64,000 nt of DNA from an uncultured Gammaproteobacteria bacterium. Its GTDB lineage: Bacteria > Patescibacteriota > Patescibacteriia > UBA11705 > JABHMO01. Shown piece by piece: positions 57,867-64,000 of this stretch. Every line of letters begins with the position of its first letter. Position 1 is the first letter of the stretch. The DNA lies in NCBI GenBank assembly GCA_964590105.1, contig CAZPYM010000001.1:366172-430171 (forward strand). Direction: 5' to 3'. The translations under genes were made by a program, and so were the position numbers. The notes below the pieces were generated by a model that was given only the letters and a program-made list of their open reading frames with translations, was not told the origin of the DNA and searched no databases.

Positions 57867-58388
57867 TTATTTAGTTTCTTTTATTGCATTTAACACATTT
57901 ACTAATCCACGCAAGTTGCCAGCCAGCACATTAACAAAACCAGTAATTGGCGCCTTGATCGAACCAACGATCTTGGCGTAGAGTTCTAATTTGCTTGGCA
58001 ACTCTGAAAGTCTTGTTACTTCTTCCAATGAAATCAAGGAGCCTTCCAATAATCCGCCGGTAAAAGCCACTTGTTCATGAGTTTTGGCAAATTCTTTTAA
58101 TATCTTGGCCGGAGCGACCTCGTCATCAATACTAATCGCGATGGCTAAACTTCCAAGCATTGACTTGACATTAGAATCATTCAAACCGATTTCCTGTAAA
58201 GCTAAATCCAATAAAGTTTTTTTCACCGCAATAAATTCAACATTTTGTTCTCGGCATTTTTGTCTTAATTCCTGACTAGCATTCACAGTCAATCCTTCTT
58301 GATTGGCAATAACCACTGATTTGGCTTGCTTTATCTTGTCAACCAACCCGCTGACTATTTGCTCTTTGAGCTTTTTTGTCTTTGGCAT
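57867..58388 (-). CDS. rplJ: ribosomal protein L10
   Basis: The L10 family pattern, located upstream of rplL. Confidence 0.9.
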   Translation of the reverse strand: MPKTKKLKEQIVSGLVDKIKQAKSVVIANQEGLTVNASQELRQKCREQNVEFIAVKKTLLDLALQEIGLNDSNVKSMLGSLAIAISIDDEVAPAKILKEFAKTHEQVAFTGGLLEGSLISLEEVTRLSELPSKLELYAKIVGSIKAPITGFVNVLAGNLRGLVNVLNAIKETK

Positions 58389-58632
58389 ATTATTTTGTTA
58401 AAAATGATTAAATAAAAATTTCGCGCCCACAGACACGAAATCACCACCGGTTAATCAAATTAACCAAATGAATTTTTCCTGGGCGAGATTTATGCACTTC
58501 TGGCAACTACCTATTACAGGCCAAAATGCAACCCGCTGTCTGTGGAATTTTATTGTTATAGATATTATAACGAAAAAACATTGCGCCGTCAAGCCTTGCT
58601 GTTTAACTAAATTTAGACAAAGAAACAAGCCG

Positions 58633-59313
58633 CTAACTAATCGTTGTGCCAATGAAATCCTCACCGCGCAAAAAACGCTCAAAATTGTCTAAATCCCGGC
58701 CATGTATTACAACTACCTTTAGCCCGATTTCCTCGGCCAGAGCGCAAGCCAGAGGGTCAAGCGGCAGCTTGGCGCCCGGGAGCCATTCGTTGCCAATGAT
58801 TGCTTTTAGCTCCTGCCAATTCATTTTTTCAAACTTTTTGGCCTCTGGAAATTTATTTGGATCTTTGTCATAAACATGGCTGACATTGGTCAGGACAACC
58901 ATCGAATCAACTTGCTGATTTTTCGCCAGAACAGTAGCAACATAATCCGTAGAATTACCAGGCTTCCAGCCGCCGCCAATAATAATTTTTTTATCAGTTT
59001 CCGGCAGTTCATTCGGACTTAAAAATATATTTTGGCAGGCAATATCGCCCAACGCTGTTCGCAAAAAAGTTGCATTGAGTCTAGTGGCTTGAATTCCCAG
59101 CCAATCAAGCTCCTCCCGCTGAATATCAGAGCGAACCGAAAGCGCCCGCTGATTGTACTCGCGGCAAATCGCGCCGCCGCCAATCACAATGAAAAATTGA
59201 CAACCGTTCTGAACATGTTTATTCAAAACTCGGCATAATTTTTGTAAAAATCCCGGCTGAAATTTTTCCGGGGCGACTATTGAACCGCCAAGATCAAGCA
59301 CAAATTTTTTCAT
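58633..59313 (-). CDS. pyrH: UMP kinase (amino-acid kinase family, archaeal-type)
   Basis: LDLGGSIV...FIVIGGG... Confidence 0.75.
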   Translation of the reverse strand: MKKFVLDLGGSIVAPEKFQPGFLQKLCRVLNKHVQNGCQFFIVIGGGAICREYNQRALSVRSDIQREELDWLGIQATRLNATFLRTALGDIACQNIFLSPNELPETDKKIIIGGGWKPGNSTDYVATVLAKNQQVDSMVVLTNVSHVYDKDPNKFPEAKKFEKMNWQELKAIIGNEWLPGAKLPLDPLACALAEEIGLKVVVIHGRDLDNFERFLRGEDFIGTTIS

Positions 59314-59322
59314 ATGCTCAAA

Positions 59323-60459
59323 TTATATTAATAATTTTCTCAACTTTTCCGCTTGTTTGGCCCAATGAAAACGTAGATTCACTCTATTCCTGCCGCGCTC
59401 GCCCAGTTCCTGCGCGCGCTTTTCATTTCGAAAAAGCGAAATAACCGCCTGCGCGATCTCATTTACGCTCATAGGATCCACCAAAAGCCCGGTCACATTG
59501 TGTTCCACCGCTTCCACTGCGCCGCCGCTGCGTCCGGCAATCGCCGGCTTGGCATAACAATTTGCTTCCAAATACACAATACCAAACCCTTCAATATCGC
59601 CGTCATCAAGTCTGCGACTCGGCATGATAAAAACATCGGCCAAACAATAAAAATATGGGAGCTCAGAATCAAGCACATCAGTAAAAAATAAAACTCGATC
59701 TTGCAAACTATTTTTTTCAACCAATTGTTTCAGCTTCTTATAATTTTCCCCATTACCTACAATAAGATAAACCACGCTTGGAACTTGTCGTAAAATATTT
59801 GGCAGAGCTTCAATCACTTTGTCATGTCCTTTTCTTTCGACCAATCGACCAACCGTCAAAAGCACTTTTTTGTTTTGCAAATTATATTTTTGGCGTAATT
59901 CTTCAATTCTTTCCTGGTTGATATTTTGACAACTGGCGCTGGGACACGGATAAATAATATTGGCTTCAGGACAGTCAGAATATTTCTCTGCCAATAAACC
60001 CTGAGTGTAGGCGCTATTGGCAATAATTTTGTCCGCATTTTTCAAAATTGTTTTTGATAATCTTTTTTTTCTTTTACTGGCCCCAGAATAAGCCACGTCC
60101 AGTCCATGAACTGAAACCAAATAAGGTATGCCCAGGAACTTCTTAATTACATAAGTAACGGTGCCGACAGGCAGCAAATGAGCAACAATTATTTTTTTAA
60201 TTTTTTCGCTCCTGACAACTTTATAGGCGTGATACAGCAAGGGCAGCCATTTGGGCCATACCCAGCGGCTATTTGAAAGAAAATTTTTCCGATAAATTAA
60301 ATAATTTTGCTTTATATCAAAATCAAGGGAATTGTCATATTCTGGTGCCAGCACCACCAAACTGTCGCTTGGCAGATAGCGGCATAAGTTTGCCCAATAG
60401 TTTGCCACTCCGCCAAACATCGGGGGAAAATCAATTGTTATGAGAAGTGTCCTTTGCAT
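59323..60459 (-). CDS. glycosyltransferase family 4
   Basis: The C-terminal EGFGIVYLEA...GG motif (GT4 EX7E-like). Confidence 0.8.
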   Translation of the reverse strand: MQRTLLITIDFPPMFGGVANYWANLCRYLPSDSLVVLAPEYDNSLDFDIKQNYLIYRKNFLSNSRWVWPKWLPLLYHAYKVVRSEKIKKIIVAHLLPVGTVTYVIKKFLGIPYLVSVHGLDVAYSGASKRKKRLSKTILKNADKIIANSAYTQGLLAEKYSDCPEANIIYPCPSASCQNINQERIEELRQKYNLQNKKVLLTVGRLVERKGHDKVIEALPNILRQVPSVVYLIVGNGENYKKLKQLVEKNSLQDRVLFFTDVLDSELPYFYCLADVFIMPSRRLDDGDIEGFGIVYLEANCYAKPAIAGRSGGAVEAVEHNVTGLLVDPMSVNEIAQAVISLFRNEKRAQELGERGRNRVNLRFHWAKQAEKLRKLLI

Positions 60460-60473
60460 ATAACATCAACTAT

Positions 60474-61205
60474 CTAAATCATACTTATAAAACCGAGCAT
60501 TCCGCCCCGGCAAAACTCTTTTTCCCGGCGAAAAGAATAAAATCTGCCGTTACAGCAAGTGCATTCATTTGAACACTCTATATTTTTATCCAAAATGCCG
60601 GCACTTGTCAACTGGTAGCTGACTATTTTTCCCAAATTAATGCTATTTTTTTCTCCCTCTTTTCTCACTGCTTCGGGAAAATTAGAAAATTTGTCAGCAA
60701 CATCTTTTTTTACTTCAAAGCAACATTGCCGAATATGCGGCCCGATTTCAATATTAATATTTGCGGGGACTGAACCAAGCTGTTTCATCTTTTTAACTAG
60801 TTCAACCGCAACCCCGCTCACTACTCCGCGCCAGCCGGCGTGCGCTATGCCAATAACATTTGCGACAGAATCATAAGCAAATATCGGCAGACAGTCAGCG
60901 GTTTCAATTCCAATAATTATATCTTTTTTTTGACAAACAATTCCATCTACGCCCACCAGCCAATCTTTTTTCAGCGCGCCCTGCCCGCAATGCTCCTGAT
61001 TCACAATAAATATTTTATTGGAATGAACTTGCTCGGGCATAATCAGTTTTTCCAGATCCAAATTCATCTGACTGAAAAATTTCCGCCTGTTGGTAAGAAC
61101 ATTTTCTCCCGGCCATTTGAACGACAAGTTGCAGCATTGTTTGCAGGAAAATCCCGCCCGGATATTTTTTAAAAATTGCGGGAAAATATTAACAATATCA
61201 AACAT
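60474..61205 (-). CDS. pgeF: peptidoglycan editing factor PgeF / YfiH (DUF152) family
   Basis: ADCLPIF...HAGWRG. Confidence 0.8.
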   Translation of the reverse strand: MFDIVNIFPQFLKNIRAGFSCKQCCNLSFKWPGENVLTNRRKFFSQMNLDLEKLIMPEQVHSNKIFIVNQEHCGQGALKKDWLVGVDGIVCQKKDIIIGIETADCLPIFAYDSVANVIGIAHAGWRGVVSGVAVELVKKMKQLGSVPANINIEIGPHIRQCCFEVKKDVADKFSNFPEAVRKEGEKNSINLGKIVSYQLTSAGILDKNIECSNECTCCNGRFYSFRREKEFCRGGMLGFISMI

Positions 61206-62640
61206 TTTTTTTAAGTAACACTTTGTAAAAATATTTTATGTCCTGCGCCGTAACGCCGCGAATCAACAAAACCATTCCGATATAAGTAATTGCGCCGATC
61301 AAAATCAAAATTGTAAAATGCAAATAAGGAATAAAATAATAAATCACCGCCGCCATTACGAGCGCGCTAATCAGCGACTTAACTGCCACAATAATCAGCT
61401 TGACTTTGCTGTATGGAATAATACCCTTCGCCACAATTAAGCTGGCAAAAAATAAGGTCGCGTGACTGCAGAGGAAAGCAATGCTAGCGCCATTAAAACT
61501 ATAACGAGGAATCAAATAAACATTCAAAGCAATATTTACCAGCATGATCGAACCGACTAAAACCATATTTGTTACTTGTTTATTGCAGCCATTTAGCAGA
61601 GAACCCAAAGGAAAGTTCAGGAAAACGAAAATCAACCCGGCCATTAATATCTGTAATGGCAGAACCGCCGGCAAATATTCCGAACCATAGAAAAATAAAA
61701 TTATCGGATGCGCCAAAGTCGCAACGCCAAAAGAAATGGGAACCACTATTACCGCCAAAAACTTCATCACTCGGTCAAAAGTTGATTTTAACTGCGCCTT
61801 GTCATGCAAAAAATGATGGCTGAAAGCCGGAAATATTGCCGCGGAGAGAGCCGCAGGAATGAACTGCAAGGCAAAAGGGATTTTCATAGCTACACTATAC
61901 CAACCGACAGCTCTGTCCCCCACCATCTTTGACAACATTACCGTATCAATATATCCATAAACCCGACTGAATATCGCGATTAAAGCAAACGGGATAGAAA
62001 TCGCGAACAAAAATTTCACAACCTGTTTATCGATAGCCAGAGAAAAGCGCACCTGAAGAATCCGCCACACACAGACAGCGGCAAAAATCATGCTAAAAGC
62101 GCTGGCGCAGACAAAAGGCAACATCAGCCAGGGCAAAGATAATTTCGACATTAAAACAAATAATCCCACCCCCACAATAATTACTTGATTTATGGCAATG
62201 CTTACTGACTCCCATTTTAAATTTCTATATCCTCTGAATACACTCCAAAAAGTATTGGCAAACTGGTCAAAAATCATAGGAATGCCGGCCAGATAAACCA
62301 AAAGCTTGGTCAGCGACGGATAGCCGAGCAGATTGATAACCACCACAACGACCGCATAAACAACAAAAGTTGCCAAAAGCTTGACAACCATTATTGACGA
62401 CAAATAAGTTTTTGATTTTTCATGAAACTTTGCCGACTCGCGAATCAGGGCCTGATTTAACCCAAGATCAATAAATACTGAAAACAAAGTGGCAAATGAA
62501 ATGGCAAAAGTGTACTTTCCCAAATCCTCAACGCCGATGAATCGCGCCACCAGGACAAAATAAAAAAACGACAATATTTTCTGCCAAATATATGAAGTCG
62601 TCAAATAAGTCGTGTTTCTGGTAACAGTTTCACCTTGCAT
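61198..62640 (-). CDS. MOP-superfamily polysaccharide/lipid-linked oligosaccharide flippase (Wzx/MurJ-like)
   Basis: A 480-aa protein with about 12-14 TM helices and Wzx-like N-terminal motifs. Confidence 0.7.
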   Translation of the reverse strand: MQGETVTRNTTYLTTSYIWQKILSFFYFVLVARFIGVEDLGKYTFAISFATLFSVFIDLGLNQALIRESAKFHEKSKTYLSSIMVVKLLATFVVYAVVVVVINLLGYPSLTKLLVYLAGIPMIFDQFANTFWSVFRGYRNLKWESVSIAINQVIIVGVGLFVLMSKLSLPWLMLPFVCASAFSMIFAAVCVWRILQVRFSLAIDKQVVKFLFAISIPFALIAIFSRVYGYIDTVMLSKMVGDRAVGWYSVAMKIPFALQFIPAALSAAIFPAFSHHFLHDKAQLKSTFDRVMKFLAVIVVPISFGVATLAHPIILFFYGSEYLPAVLPLQILMAGLIFVFLNFPLGSLLNGCNKQVTNMVLVGSIMLVNIALNVYLIPRYSFNGASIAFLCSHATLFFASLIVAKGIIPYSKVKLIIVAVKSLISALVMAAVIYYFIPYLHFTILILIGAITYIGMVLLIRGVTAQDIKYFYKVLLKKNV

Positions 62641-62699
62641 AATGCAGTCTTATTATAGCAAAGCCAAGACAGTTTTTCAACTTAAAGTTATTGATTTAT

Positions 62700-62760
62700 G
62701 CCCGCCCTCTGGGTTGGGCGAGGGTAAGGGCGGCCCGCGCGAAGCGAGGCGCCGCCTTCA
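62700..62760. other. short GC-rich palindromic element
   Basis: GCCCGCCCTC..GAGGGTAAGGGCGGC..CCGCGCGAAGCGAGGCGCCGCC, in otherwise AT-rich DNA. Confidence 0.3.
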
Positions 62761-62769
62761 TTTCTAGAC

Positions 62770-62799
62770 AAAAAAACCTCCATATCTGGAGGCCTTTTT
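62770..62799. terminator. bidirectional intrinsic terminator downstream of rpsI
   Basis: AAAAAAA-CCTCCA-TATC-TGGAGG-CC-TTTTT. Confidence 0.6.
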
Positions 62800-62818
62800 G
62801 TATATTTTATATATTAAA

Positions 62819-63373
62819 TTAACGTTTTTTCCATTGCGGAGCTTTTCTCGCTCTCTTTAAACCCGGTTTTTTTCTTTCCTTTTTGCGAGAATCTCGAGTC
62901 AGATAGCCTGCCTTTTTCAATGGCTTTTTGAAATTTGGATTGAGCAAAAGCAATGCCCTTGAAATGCCATGGCGCACTGCCTCAGCCTGAGACATACTGC
63001 CGCCGCCGATGACTTTCACTGTTATATCAAGTTTAGCCACCTGGCCGACAACTTTTAACGGGCTAAGTAGCCTGTCCTGCAAATCAAGAGTCGGAAAGTA
63101 ATTATTTGCCTGTTTATCATTTACAATTATTTCACCAGTTCCCTTTTTATAAACACGCACCTGAGCAATGGCGGTTTTTCTTCTGCCAACGCCATACAAA
63201 TATTCAGCCTTTTTCGTGCTAGTCGCATTTTCATCTTCAACTTTTGACAATGTTTCCATCGGTTCGACTTTTTCTTTGACCACCTTTTTGGGCGCGATCT
63301 TTTTGGGCGCCTTTTTTATTTCCTTGCTCGTCTTTTTTGCGCTAGTGATTGTTTTCTTTTTTGCTTCAGCCAT
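62819..63373 (-). CDS. rpsI: ribosomal protein S9 with Lys-rich N-terminal extension
   Basis: GRRKTAIAQV...GGG...QA.AVRHGI..AL... Confidence 0.9.
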   Translation of the reverse strand: MAEAKKKTITSAKKTSKEIKKAPKKIAPKKVVKEKVEPMETLSKVEDENATSTKKAEYLYGVGRRKTAIAQVRVYKKGTGEIIVNDKQANNYFPTLDLQDRLLSPLKVVGQVAKLDITVKVIGGGSMSQAEAVRHGISRALLLLNPNFKKPLKKAGYLTRDSRKKERKKPGLKRARKAPQWKKR

Positions 63374-63375
63374 AT

Positions 63376-63732
63376 TTATTTGGTTCTGACAAATTTTAAT
63401 CTCTTAATCATGCTGGCTCTCAACTTATTATTCGGCAACATGTGATAAACAGCGTTCCGCAAGACAAACTTCGGATCGTTTTTTAATTTGAACTTGACAA
63501 GCTCAGTCTTGAGTCCGCCTGGGTACCCGGAATGATGGTGATATTTTTTTTGCTTCAGTTTATTGCCCGAAAATGTCACTTTGTCGAAATTGGTTACTTC
63601 AACAATGTCTCCTTCGTCAACATTGGGTTTGAAACTTACTTTGTGCTTGCCGCGCAATAAAACAGCAATCTCAGTAGCGAGTCTGCCTACGATTCTGCCA
63701 TCGGCGTTAATTTTGTGAACATTTCTAATCAT
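63376..63732 (-). CDS. rplM: ribosomal protein L13
   Basis: The L13 family pattern, located upstream of rpsI. Confidence 0.85.
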   Translation of the reverse strand: MIRNVHKINADGRIVGRLATEIAVLLRGKHKVSFKPNVDEGDIVEVTNFDKVTFSGNKLKQKKYHHHSGYPGGLKTELVKFKLKNDPKFVLRNAVYHMLPNNKLRASMIKRLKFVRTK

Positions 63733-63735
63733 ATT

Positions 63736-64000
63736 TTAAACAAATTCAATTATTGCCATTGTCGCGTCATCACCCTTTCTGTTTGCCAACTTAATGATCC
63801 GAGTATAGCCGCCTTTGCGTTCCTTGTATTTTGGCCCCAATTCATTCAGTAATTTGGCAACCGCCTTTTCATCATAAAAATATTTCAATAATTGCCGGCG
63901 TACAGCTAAACTATTTTCTTGGCTCTTGGTAATAAATTTCTCCACGACTGATTTGACTGCTTTGGCCCGCAAATGAGTGGTTTTCATTTTTCCCTTCAAA
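63736..64000 (-). CDS. rplQ: ribosomal protein L17, C-terminal part (N-terminus beyond the window edge)
   Basis: ...ERKGGYTRIIKLANRKGDDATMAIIEFV matches the L17 C-terminus. Confidence 0.85.
   Translation of the reverse strand, partial: LKGKMKTTHLRAKAVKSVVEKFITKSQENSLAVRRQLLKYFYDEKAVAKLLNELGPKYKERKGGYTRIIKLANRKGDDATMAIIEFV

Overview
This is a low-GC, gene-dense bacterial window in which almost all genes lie on the minus strand. The short ribosomal proteins, group 3b [NiFe] hydrogenase and compact operons are consistent with a small-genome, CPR/Patescibacteria-like organism, but that placement is inference only. In coordinate order the window contains: an F0F1 ATP synthase operon fragment (atpZ/I-like, atpB, atpE, atpF, atpH, atpA running off the left edge); tatD, metG and rsmI; an ORF-free GC-rich region with two promoter-driven transcripts, the first of which looks like RNase P RNA, ahead of an orphan beta-class DNA methyltransferase; cell-envelope genes mltG, dedA, manC-like, uppP and a PAP2 protein; mutM; a hydrogenase-glycolysis supercluster (hydB-hydG-PH-like-hydD-NUDIX-hydA-hypA-like, then pgk, a SIMPL protein, eno and two tandem gpmI paralogs); an SOS module of dinB and lexA with a palindromic operator; a GxxExxY (PD-(D/E)XK) gene bracketed by inverted repeats; tRNA-Glu(CUC); a fragmented dcw cluster (mraZ-rsmH-ftsL ... 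PBP2 ... murF) interrupted by tgt, an SPFH protein and several hypotheticals; and ribosomal/cell-surface genes (rplL, rplJ, pyrH, a GT4 glycosyltransferase, pgeF, a flippase, rpsI, rplM, rplQ). The standout feature is a compact GC-rich island (about 33.1-36.6 kb) whose 908-aa protein reads as a major vault protein (MVP) homologue, with its own bacterial promoter, Shine-Dalgarno sequence and terminator, next to a separately transcribed 139-aa acidic protein. A second GC-rich island (48.7-51.5 kb) encodes an 814-aa helical-repeat protein and a zinc-ribbon protein, preceded by three perfect DnaA boxes. Intergenic regions, and one site inside tgt, carry short tandem repeats of the AATCAAC / TGTAATT / AATATT type.
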